Source: a virus (taxonomy: Duplodnaviria > Heunggongvirae > Uroviricota > Caudoviricetes). From it: a DNA stretch of 64,000 bases. A model generated the notes under the pieces. The model ran no database searches. It was given only the letters and a program-made list of their open reading frames with translations, and had not been told where the DNA came from. The translations under genes and the position numbers were made by a program. This document shows, in pieces, positions 56,486-64,000 of the stretch. The stretch is taken from positions 1-64,000 of IMG/VR virus record IMGVR_UViG_2879469214_000007; one strand, 5' to 3'. The first letter of the stretch is position 1, and the number at the start of each line of letters is the position of its first letter.

Positions 56486-56915
56486 CGTAAATCTTTTTCA
56501 AGACATTCAGTTTCTCAACGACTGGTTCAGACAGGTCTTTCTTTAGAGTTGCGTCAATAACAGCCCTTTGCCAAGCATCGAATTTCATCTTAAGCTCAGG
56601 ACTTAAGGAAGAAGCAAAGAGCCAGCGTTCTTCAACAGAACGAATCTTCGCACCGATTACCGATGGCAAAGCTTCCATTTTAAAATCATTGGCTAGCTCT
56701 ATCTCTCTTGCAACGGCAATGTTGCATTCTTGCTGTATATAGTAGACTTGCTGTGCGAGTAGCCCCAAATATGATTCAAGTGTTGATATGTCCAGACCGT
56801 AATAATCCAGCTCGTCCATATTGATTACCTTGCTAATTGCATCGGGTTCTACTCGTGTTGCAATAAACATCCCTTGAGCCTTTAGCTCCTGAACCTGTCT
56901 GGTGACGAAACTCAT
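56424..56915 (-). CDS. hypothetical protein
   Basis: 163-aa ORF that overlaps the helicase start. Confidence 0.35.
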   Translation of the reverse strand: MSFVTRQVQELKAQGMFIATRVEPDAISKVINMDELDYYGLDISTLESYLGLLAQQVYYIQQECNIAVAREIELANDFKMEALPSVIGAKIRSVEERWLFASSLSPELKMKFDAWQRAVIDATLKKDLSEPVVEKLNVLKKIYDDRRMEGRNRNIHKYTDGGS

Positions 56916-58048
56916 GACGCTTCGCCTACCTCTTCATGCTCGTTCTGCATTTCTTTTTCTTCTTCCGCCAGTAATCCGTCCGGAAGCTCCCCAAGCTCAG
57001 GTTCTTCGATAATTTCATCTTCGGTAAACGGTGAGTTCATAACCGTAATCAACTCGTTCAGCTCAGCCATAACTTCTGGATGTGATTCGAGAGCTTCTTT
57101 CATCTTGGAGCGACCGTTTTCCTTGATAATATCTTTGTAGCTGTACCAGTTCCCGCTTTTATTGATAAGCCCTAAATCAGAACCAATGTCAATAATCTCA
57201 CCAGCTCTTGAAATCCCTTTTCCGAACTCAATATCAACTAGGATTTTTTGGTGAGGGGATGATACTTTGGTTTTGATAATAGTGATTTGTGTCTCCCTTG
57301 AAACAGGCATATCGCCCTGTTTGATAATGTCCTTCGGACGAATATCCAAGCGAACCGATGCGTAGAATTTCAATGCTCGACCACCCGGAGTCGTCTCAGG
57401 ATTACCAAACATTACGCCGACTTTTTCACGAAGTTGGTTAATGAAAATACCAATTGTTCCAGTCCTATATGTCAGCCTTGCGATTTTCCTTAATCCCTGC
57501 GACATCAATCGTGCCAATAGACCGACATGATTATCACCAATGTTGCCTTCAAGCTCTGCCTTTGGAATCATTGCGGCTACGGAATCCAGCACATACATGC
57601 TAATAACGTCTTGTTCAAGCCATAGCTCAATAATTTGAAGGGCTTGTTCCCCTGTGTCCGGCTGTGCCAGAATCAGTCTGCTTAGGTCAACCCCAAGCGC
57701 TTGCGCATATACAATATCTAAAGCGTGCTCTGAATCGACATAGAGTACATATCTTTCAGGGTCAGCTTTCTGTGCTTCTGCTACGGCGTGAAGCGATACC
57801 GTAGTCTTACCAGACGATTCAGGACCGATTATTTCAGTGATACGTCCCTTTGGATATCCTCCACCCAAGATATCGTTTAAATAATGTGAGCCAGAATCAA
57901 CACGGGCGATTGGAACGGGCTTCGCGCCTTTACCCAAAATAGATACCGTACCTAATCCGAACTGCTTTTCCGTCTGTGCCATCGCCAGCCTAACTCGGTT
58001 TTCCAAGTCTCCGCCAGTAACGAGTGGCTCTCTTTTCTTATTTGCCAA
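56912..58048 (-). CDS. recA: RecA-family recombinase
   Basis: SGSHYLNDILGGGYPKGRITEIIGPESSGKTTVSL matches the RecA N-terminal region and P-loop. The C-terminus is acidic. Confidence 0.8.
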   Translation of the reverse strand: MANKKREPLVTGGDLENRVRLAMAQTEKQFGLGTVSILGKGAKPVPIARVDSGSHYLNDILGGGYPKGRITEIIGPESSGKTTVSLHAVAEAQKADPERYVLYVDSEHALDIVYAQALGVDLSRLILAQPDTGEQALQIIELWLEQDVISMYVLDSVAAMIPKAELEGNIGDNHVGLLARLMSQGLRKIARLTYRTGTIGIFINQLREKVGVMFGNPETTPGGRALKFYASVRLDIRPKDIIKQGDMPVSRETQITIIKTKVSSPHQKILVDIEFGKGISRAGEIIDIGSDLGLINKSGNWYSYKDIIKENGRSKMKEALESHPEVMAELNELITVMNSPFTEDEIIEEPELGELPDGLLAEEEKEMQNEHEEVGEAS

Positions 58049-58067
58049 TTAATGACCTCCTTCATGT

Positions 58068-58108
58068 TTATATTATAATTGAATTATAAGTAGATTGGCA
58101 AGGACAAA
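58068..58108 (-). promoter_or_regulatory. conserved phage promoter element (minus-strand copy)
   Basis: The reverse complement reads TTTGTCCTTGCCAATCTAC TTATAATTCAATTATAATATAAA, located 20 nt upstream of the recA SD. Confidence 0.55.
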
Positions 58109-58801
58109 CTACATTGCTTCTTCAATCTTTCTTTTCACTAGACCAAAGCTTAGCTTCTCTGTGTCATCAAAACGAACGATTGCAATACCCATACTTTCGC
58201 ATAACTCCGACTTTCTGTAGTCCCGTACCTGTGCCTTGGCAAAGTCTGCCTTTGTCTCGTAGAAATGATTGTTAAACTCACGATGCTGGATTCCATCAAA
58301 TTCAAACCCTAGCGACACTCTCTGGATGTAGAAATCTAATCTTAGATTCCCAATCGGATACTCCGATGTAACGTTAGAGTAGGGAAATAGGTGTTCAAGT
58401 ATCTTACCCAATACATGATTTCCTCGTGAATACCCGAAATCTTGTTTGTTATATTCATCGTTCCACTGTTTAACAAGCTCCATCTCTTCGGGGGTATTAA
58501 CTATATTTACGAAGAACCCTTTGCTTTTCGACAGCCCCATACGGAAGGCAAAATGCTCAATCTCCATCTTACTTCTGTCAAATGCTCGTGCAAGCTCTGC
58601 ATTAGCAGTTGTGGCATAATGTGCGGTTAGGTAGTCTATCTCTCTCCTTGTCCATTCCCTCACGCTCTCTTTCTCAAGTCCTAATCCCTCAGCAACCTTT
58701 TTAACCATCCACAAGGATACTCCCAAAATCTTCGCTATGTCTGCATCATCCGTGTGCGGATACAGCTCCACAAGCTTTCTCTCTTTGTTCTTCGACAGCA
58801 T
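58109..58801 (-). CDS. HTH + DUF559/Vsr-like endonuclease domain protein
   Basis: N-terminal HTH (DADIAKILGVSLWMVKK). The C-terminal LRLDFYIQRVSLGFEFDGIQH...IAIVRF matches the DUF559 PD-(D/E)XK endonuclease core. Confidence 0.45.
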   Translation of the reverse strand: MLSKNKERKLVELYPHTDDADIAKILGVSLWMVKKVAEGLGLEKESVREWTRREIDYLTAHYATTANAELARAFDRSKMEIEHFAFRMGLSKSKGFFVNIVNTPEEMELVKQWNDEYNKQDFGYSRGNHVLGKILEHLFPYSNVTSEYPIGNLRLDFYIQRVSLGFEFDGIQHREFNNHFYETKADFAKAQVRDYRKSELCESMGIAIVRFDDTEKLSFGLVKRKIEEAM

Positions 58802-59793
58802 TACTTATCGCCAACTTTCTTGAATTTGTTCGCCAAATGACTGAATCTGTTCATGTAGCCATTAACAAAGTCTTCACTCGACATTTGCTCTACTTCCTGC
58901 TTCTCTTTATCCAAGCGCTCTTTTTCTTCCTGTTCCCGTTGAAGCTGTTCAGCACGCTTTTGCTCTACTTCTTCCCGGTTCATCTCATGCTCAATGGCAA
59001 GATACTGCTGTTTGCAGTAATCCAAAGCTTCCATGATGTTTGTCTTGATTGTGCCATCCTTCCCTTTCTTGCTCCATGACAAGAACTTAAGGCTCGTAAC
59101 TCCATTCTTAGGCGGATTGATTTTAGTCCAGTATCGAATAGCCGCTACTACCTGTTCTGTCCGGTATGCAACAAGTAGGTCTTTCATAAATCGCATTTGC
59201 ATAGCAAAGAATTGTGATGTTCCCCTTGTTGACAATGTAGGAGCAAATACTTCGTTCATAACTCGCCGTGCTAATACTCCTAGCTCTCTATCAGTCATGT
59301 AGATATTCATATTCACTGTAGACATAGAATTAATATCTTTTGTATATAAATTAATATCTTTAAAATCTATATTATTTATATTATTTATAATATCAGGATT
59401 TGCATCTGTGCTTTTCTTCTTACCCGCGACTGCTTTTTTGTAGGATTCATCAGGCTTTTCGGGCTTTTCATGCATGTCAATATTTTGCTTGGCAGTTTTT
59501 TGCTTGGCAGTTTTTTGCTTGGCAGAATTTTGACACTCCAAGATAATACGGAACCTAGCTTGTTCATTCTTGCTTTTGCTATTTACATGCTCGATGATGC
59601 CAAGTCTTTCAAGCTCTTTCACTGCAAATTTAGCCGTGTTTCTTGAGATACCAATGTCCTCCGCCAGCTTGCCAATGGGATACTCAAATACCTCTTCTTC
59701 CTGACCGTCTCTCATATCTAAAAAGGCGATTAGTGCATCAATAGCACTAACCGTCTTTAAGCCTTTGAGATGTCTAAGTATGTTCAAATCCAT
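58801..59793 (-). CDS. replication initiation protein (N-terminal winged helix + DnaD-like C-terminal domain)
   Basis: The wH region is IGKLAEDIGISRNTAKFAVKELERLGII. The C-terminus (VAAIRYWTKI...FLSWSKK) resembles a DnaD-like domain. A K/T/A/Q repeat linker lies between them. Confidence 0.45.
   Translation of the reverse strand: MDLNILRHLKGLKTVSAIDALIAFLDMRDGQEEEVFEYPIGKLAEDIGISRNTAKFAVKELERLGIIEHVNSKSKNEQARFRIILECQNSAKQKTAKQKTAKQNIDMHEKPEKPDESYKKAVAGKKKSTDANPDIINNINNIDFKDINLYTKDINSMSTVNMNIYMTDRELGVLARRVMNEVFAPTLSTRGTSQFFAMQMRFMKDLLVAYRTEQVVAAIRYWTKINPPKNGVTSLKFLSWSKKGKDGTIKTNIMEALDYCKQQYLAIEHEMNREEVEQKRAEQLQREQEEKERLDKEKQEVEQMSSEDFVNGYMNRFSHLANKFKKVGDK
59478..59535. repeat. 3 x 15-nt perfect tandem repeat inside the CDS (encodes KTAKQ x3)
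   Basis: TTTTGCTTGGCAGTT is repeated three times on the + strand. Confidence 0.8.
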
Positions 59794-59837
59794 ACTGTTT
59801 CCACCCCTTCTTGTAATATAAATATATTATAACAATA

Positions 59838-60638
59838 CTACAGACTGGTTCCCTTAAGCTGATTATAAATCGACCTTACTCCGCTTACCCAATGACCATT
59901 TAATCCGTTCGGGTCGTTATCCGCTCCCACCGGAGCGTACATGACGGATATCTCCTTGATGGTTTCACGCCCATTAGCAACATACTTCTCTTCAATCAGG
60001 TTGCTCATGTATTCGATAGAAGCATCTACTGAATCAAATCGCTTCAATCCGTTTCTTCCCATAAGACCGCCGACATTGTTCTTGTTGCGGATGGCTGACG
60101 ATGTTCCATTCCCGGTTTCATGCATTGCTATTGCGGCAATTAGATAAGGGTCTACATTATTGCTTTTCGCTGAGTTTGCGAATACTGAACCCTTGCCTTT
60201 AAGCTCTCCATCCAGATGGGTATCAAGCTTCTTTGCCACTGTTGATTTAGATGTTTCCTTCGCTTCGGCAGAAACCTTAACGACATTAACCTTTTGGTTC
60301 ACTAAATTAACCTTTTTCTCTTTGGCTTCGGCTTTTTCCTTAGCTTCCTGCGCTTCTTTTGCTTTCTTAGCTTGCGCCGCTTTTAACGCCGCCGCTTTCT
60401 TGGCTTTTACGACCTTTGCAACCCTTGCTTGCTCTGCCTTTTCCTTTTCCAGCCTTTCTAGCTCCGAAAATCTTTCTAGTAGAGTGTGATGGGGTTGTAG
60501 ACGAATTGTTTGAATAGTATTCAATGTACTCGGCTCCACTGTCTTACTCTCTTTCGGTTCTACCGTTTGTGACATGCAACCTGTCGCCACTGGCAGTATT
60601 AGCATAAGGGATAGGGATAGTTGGACTACCTTCTTCAT
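59838..60638 (-). CDS. lipoprotein with glucosaminidase (LytD/FlgJ-like N-acetylglucosaminidase) domain
   Basis: The lipobox is LPVATGC. A coiled-coil K/A/E linker follows. The C-terminal AIAMHETGNGTSSAI...NVGGL is the glucosaminidase motif. Confidence 0.6.
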   Translation of the reverse strand: MKKVVQLSLSLMLILPVATGCMSQTVEPKESKTVEPSTLNTIQTIRLQPHHTLLERFSELERLEKEKAEQARVAKVVKAKKAAALKAAQAKKAKEAQEAKEKAEAKEKKVNLVNQKVNVVKVSAEAKETSKSTVAKKLDTHLDGELKGKGSVFANSAKSNNVDPYLIAAIAMHETGNGTSSAIRNKNNVGGLMGRNGLKRFDSVDASIEYMSNLIEEKYVANGRETIKEISVMYAPVGADNDPNGLNGHWVSGVRSIYNQLKGTSL

Positions 60639-60663
60639 TACATTCCTCCTGTGAAATTGTTTT

Positions 60664-60716
60664 TAAATTATATTTGAATTATAAGTGTTAATTATTTATA
60701 AAGTCAAGGACAAACG
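60664..60716 (-). promoter_or_regulatory. conserved phage promoter element (minus-strand copy)
   Basis: The reverse complement reads TTTGTCCTTGACTTTATAAATAATTAACACTTATAATTCAAATATAA. Confidence 0.5.
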
Positions 60717-60831
60717 AAAACAAATTTATCCTCATTACTTGATACAATCAATTGAACCACCCCCTTTCAGAAAAGACAAAGCGCCCACACAATATATGAG
60801 CGCATTCGTTGATATATAATTATATTATAAA

Positions 60832-62241
60832 TTATTCGTAGAATGAAGATGCCCAAGCAGACAACTCAGAACGGAAATTAGAATCCAGTAGAATATAAGT
60901 TGAATTGGCATATCCAGTTTCATGGTGCCTTGCTCTATCTGCCCATACACGCAATCCGGTGTTTCCAGCGTCTAATCTTAGATTATCAATTTGTGATAAG
61001 TCACCCATAATGATGATTTTAGTGTCTTCACCAGCACGAGTTAAGAGCGTTTTGAGTGCATCAGAGCTAAAGTTTTGCGCTTCGTCGATAATGATAATGG
61101 TACGCGGAATACTGCGTCCACGCATATGCGTAACAACATCCAGCTCAATCCTAGCTTCAAGGTCGTACCCAAGCCCTCTATCGTTCGTCAGCTCGATGAT
61201 TGTATCGTTAAAGCTCTCGAAGAATGGGGCAAGCTTTTCTGACTTATCGCCCGGTAGGTAGCCTAAATCCTGACCATCTACAGAAACCATAGGTTTAATC
61301 ACAAGCAGTCTATCATAATGCCCGTCTTTCAATAACTTTAAACCACATGCAGTCGTTATAAAGTTCTTACCCGCACCCGCAACTCTTGATAGAACAAAGT
61401 GTAGGTGTTTATCTGGATTCAAGATGTCATGGGCAAGAAAAGCTTGTCGTGAATCGCGTGGTCTAACCGGGGATGAACCTTGCTGACCGCCGCCGATATT
61501 CCAGATGACATCTCCCCTCTTGTAGTCCGGCAGAAGAAGAATCTTGCCTTGTACCGCGTCCCATTGTGCTAATGCGGTATTCCCCTGCGGATTACTCTCT
61601 CCCTGTAGCATTAGATGCTCACCATTAAGGTACGGCAAATCATAATCAAGATAATTGTTTTTTCGGATGAAGCTCATTTCAACATCAGAAATGATAAGGT
61701 CTGTTACACCACTTAAAATATCATGCAAAGAGCTATCTATTTGTTCATAAGCCTTAGCCTTAAGTGGCAGTTGGCTTAGCAAGTCTGGAAAAGTATCTTT
61801 AGCTAATTGACGGGCAACCACACGAACATTCGTGTCATTACTATAGAGGGTTACAGTCTCTCCCTCTCCCCTATTCTTCGCATATCCAAGAGCAACTGAG
61901 ATAATCTTATTATCAGGCTTATCCGGCTCACTGGATTCAAACTCGGTCATGTATCCGCTTTCCACACGAATAAAGCTTCCGTTCTCAAGCGGGATATTAA
62001 TCTTGTCCTGATGTTCCTCGCTCAATCCATCAATCAGGTTGGATGCAAGTCTGGACATTCTGCGAACATTTCCGTCTTTACCAGTTTTTAATTTATCAAG
62101 TTCCTCTAAAACGATTCTTGGAATTACAACCAACGAATCTGGAAACTTTAATGGAGCTTTCGGGTCGTCAATTAAGACATTTGTATCGAATACAACTATT
62201 TCCATTGGCACATCTCCATATCTCATAATTTTCAATAACAA
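60832..62241 (-). CDS. phoH: PIN-domain + PhoH-like ATPase (YlaK-type)
   Basis: N-terminal PIN region IVVFDTNVLID. The C-terminal PhoH P-loop is VLSRVAGAGKNF, and IIIDEAQN is also present. Confidence 0.7.
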   Translation of the reverse strand: MLLKIMRYGDVPMEIVVFDTNVLIDDPKAPLKFPDSLVVIPRIVLEELDKLKTGKDGNVRRMSRLASNLIDGLSEEHQDKINIPLENGSFIRVESGYMTEFESSEPDKPDNKIISVALGYAKNRGEGETVTLYSNDTNVRVVARQLAKDTFPDLLSQLPLKAKAYEQIDSSLHDILSGVTDLIISDVEMSFIRKNNYLDYDLPYLNGEHLMLQGESNPQGNTALAQWDAVQGKILLLPDYKRGDVIWNIGGGQQGSSPVRPRDSRQAFLAHDILNPDKHLHFVLSRVAGAGKNFITTACGLKLLKDGHYDRLLVIKPMVSVDGQDLGYLPGDKSEKLAPFFESFNDTIIELTNDRGLGYDLEARIELDVVTHMRGRSIPRTIIIIDEAQNFSSDALKTLLTRAGEDTKIIIMGDLSQIDNLRLDAGNTGLRVWADRARHHETGYANSTYILLDSNFRSELSAWASSFYE

Positions 62242-62316
62242 CCTCGCAAGTCTATAGCGGGAGATGGTGTTACTGTTACTTATATTATACTTGTATTATA
62301 AGAAAAAGTCAAGGAA

Positions 62317-62643
62317 TTAACCCTTGACTTTGTGTGCTTCTATTATTTCTTTTACTTCATCGAACAATGATTGTACCAGCATAGTTAACACCTGCTTTGA
62401 TACGAACAGCTTCACAGCAGGTGGGAGTATGTCGTATACCTTATCTACAACGAATTGTAGCTTAGCATCGCCATTCTCAAGCACAAGAGATTCTGCTCCC
62501 TTTTCTGCCGCAAGCATCAATTGTTGAATCTGCTTCTTCGCAAAGCTCATTGCAACTTGTTTGTGAGTAAAGAAGTATACTCCGCCACCAACGATTACCG
62601 CAAGTATACCCCAATACTGAGAAAAAATATCCATGATGTTCAT
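62317..62643 (-). CDS. single-TM small protein, holin-like (Holin_LLH-like?)
   Basis: One N-terminal TM helix (WGILAVIVGGGVYFF) with a soluble C-terminus. It lies immediately downstream of the amidase. Confidence 0.3.
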   Translation of the reverse strand: MNIMDIFSQYWGILAVIVGGGVYFFTHKQVAMSFAKKQIQQLMLAAEKGAESLVLENGDAKLQFVVDKVYDILPPAVKLFVSKQVLTMLVQSLFDEVKEIIEAHKVKG

Positions 62644-62672
62644 TGATATGCTCCCCTTATTATATTATTATA

Positions 62673-63506
62673 TTATAACTTTCCAGCGCGGTCTAAGACT
62701 GTGATGATGCGATAGAAGTCGTATGAACCGCCTGTAGCGTTTTCCTTAGCCACAAAGCCCTTCTCTACAGCCTTATCGACTGATGCCTTTGCCCAAGAAG
62801 GGATTTCCTTCATTGCGTCTTTGGTTTTTAATGCATCAAGTTCTTTTTGCATTTTAGCAACTTGAGCTTGTAGTTCTTTTACCATCTTTTCTTCCTCCGG
62901 TGTCAGATTTTCGTCGTCTGTCACTACCAGACAAGCATTGTACTCTGTTACAACATCCTTAACCAACTGCTCAAAGGTCGTTCCCAGCGATGCTTTTAAA
63001 CCGCTCTTAGGGTCTGTTTTCCTATTAGGGTCAAGGATAAAGTGACCAGTGATTTTCTTTGCAGGGTCTAAGTTGTACTTGAAGCATGTGTATGCGAGTA
63101 CCCACACATAACGCTTATACGCTTCCCTCGCGTTGATATTGGTTCCGTAACAATATTCGATACCGATAGCGGCATCGTTCGCATCCTCACCAAAAAGGAT
63201 GTTGTCAGTTGGCACATTGTACAGAACATGCCACGCTTTTTCAGCATATTTGTTACCTACCAATCCAGCCGGGATACACTCAATGATATGCTTATCGTCT
63301 ACGAAAATATGGGCAGAAGCCGATTCTAAGTTCCTAGAGTTTTCATAGTAATTAACATTCCCTGTAGCAGTAGAGTTAGGGTTCCCGGTGTCATGGGCAA
63401 CAACGAAGCCCACTTTATTAATCAATCTACCCGGTCTACGCTTGGTGTGTGTCGTCAGGTATTGTGTCGTGATTTCATATTTCATCACGAATGAATATTT
63501 AGCCAC
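62673..63506 (-). CDS. N-acetylmuramoyl-L-alanine amidase endolysin (Amidase_2/PGRP domain)
   Basis: GFVVAHDTGNPNSTATGNVNYY...ASAHIFVDD is the Amidase_2 Zn-site region. A C-terminal coiled-coil and binding region follow. Confidence 0.75.
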   Translation of the reverse strand: MAKYSFVMKYEITTQYLTTHTKRRPGRLINKVGFVVAHDTGNPNSTATGNVNYYENSRNLESASAHIFVDDKHIIECIPAGLVGNKYAEKAWHVLYNVPTDNILFGEDANDAAIGIEYCYGTNINAREAYKRYVWVLAYTCFKYNLDPAKKITGHFILDPNRKTDPKSGLKASLGTTFEQLVKDVVTEYNACLVVTDDENLTPEEEKMVKELQAQVAKMQKELDALKTKDAMKEIPSWAKASVDKAVEKGFVAKENATGGSYDFYRIITVLDRAGKL

Positions 63507-63522
63507 ACTTTTTCCTCCTTTC

Positions 63523-63843
63523 TTACTTATAGTTCTTTCTTTCCGATTTCAGCTTTAGCAACATTAGAACTCCACTAATTGCTATAAAAATCTTAATTAC
63601 AAACAGCTTGTCTTCTTCTAAAAATAAAAGATAATTGTCTCCGCTATAGAAGATTCGAGCTATGTTTGCCACTAAGAAATAAGTGCTTTCAATGAATAAT
63701 GCCAATGATGCAAATGCTAATGGGACAAGAAGCCTTGGGGTGTCTGTCTTGTATTTAATACTTGCATAGGTGGCACGCACCATATCGAACAATACAAGAC
63801 CCCAAGCAACTACTGATACGATGTATGTCATTAAGATTAGCAA
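63523..63843 (-). CDS. multi-TM membrane protein, putative holin
   Basis: 106 aa with 3-4 TM helices. It lies immediately upstream of the amidase, in transcription order. Confidence 0.35.
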   Translation of the reverse strand: MLILMTYIVSVVAWGLVLFDMVRATYASIKYKTDTPRLLVPLAFASLALFIESTYFLVANIARIFYSGDNYLLFLEEDKLFVIKIFIAISGVLMLLKLKSERKNYK

Positions 63844-64000
63844 CTACTGCACCTCTCTCTACTTTTTTGTTAAATCTAAAAGGCTAATATTTAATTCTTT
63901 AATCATGTTGAGAGTTTCGTTGTAAGGTGCTGATTCCCTACTGGCAACTGCACGCATTCTTTGTTGTATCCTCTTTCGTCTTTGCCTGATATCAATCTCA

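Noticed and set aside
59478-59535. Short direct repeats considered as a CRISPR array
   Set aside because: There are only three contiguous 15-nt units with no spacers. They are in-frame inside a CDS, so this is a coding tandem repeat, not a CRISPR array.

Overview
This window reads as a densely packed stretch of a large, AT-rich Bacillus-type dsDNA phage genome; by gene content it resembles SPbeta-like phages, though the gene order is not identical to SPbeta. There are about 100 genes and no rRNA, tRNA or CRISPR.

The left third (1-19.7 kb, + strand) is a run of small translationally coupled early genes. It also holds an SPFH/band-7 protein, two tandem GS-fold amidoligase paralogs, and an NAD/ADP-ribose counter-defence island: macro domain, DEDDh exonuclease, NADAR, then a Prs-like and a NAMPT-like enzyme that match the published two-enzyme NAD+ reconstitution pathway NARP1 (Adps + Namat).

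The region 19.7-26.2 kb is a mixed-strand accessory block bounded by strong intrinsic terminators. It contains an RNPP/arbitrium-like candidate peptide-signalling cassette (279-aa helical receptor, overlapping 37-aa signal-peptide pro-peptide, then a sigma-A promoter and a short terminated leader). It also contains two transglutaminase-fold paralogs and a putative type-I toxin/antisense locus with two tiny hydrophobic peptides.

The right half (26-64 kb, - strand) is one long leftward replication, nucleotide-metabolism and lysis super-operon. In transcription order it runs holin, amidase endolysin, PIN-PhoH, lipoprotein glucosaminidase, DnaD-like initiator, HTH-DUF559 endonuclease, RecA, DnaB helicase, YpsA/SLOG, FkbM methyltransferase, DnaG primase, a DUF2829 (Tad2-like gcADPR-sponge candidate), NrdI-NrdE-NrdF-NrdH, DnaE PolIII alpha, a phage sigma factor, ThyA and DHFR, a Cas4-like nuclease, Gmk-like kinase, HAD phosphatase, patatin-like phospholipase, Rad52-type annealing protein, RusA, two GT1 glycosyltransferases plus a sugar-1-P nucleotidyltransferase, and an HTH-metallophosphoesterase.

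A conserved bipartite intergenic element (TTTGTCCTTGCCAA, then a spacer, then TTATAATATAA(T/A)TATAA) recurs at least 30 times on both strands and looks like the phage's sigma-A-like early promoter.
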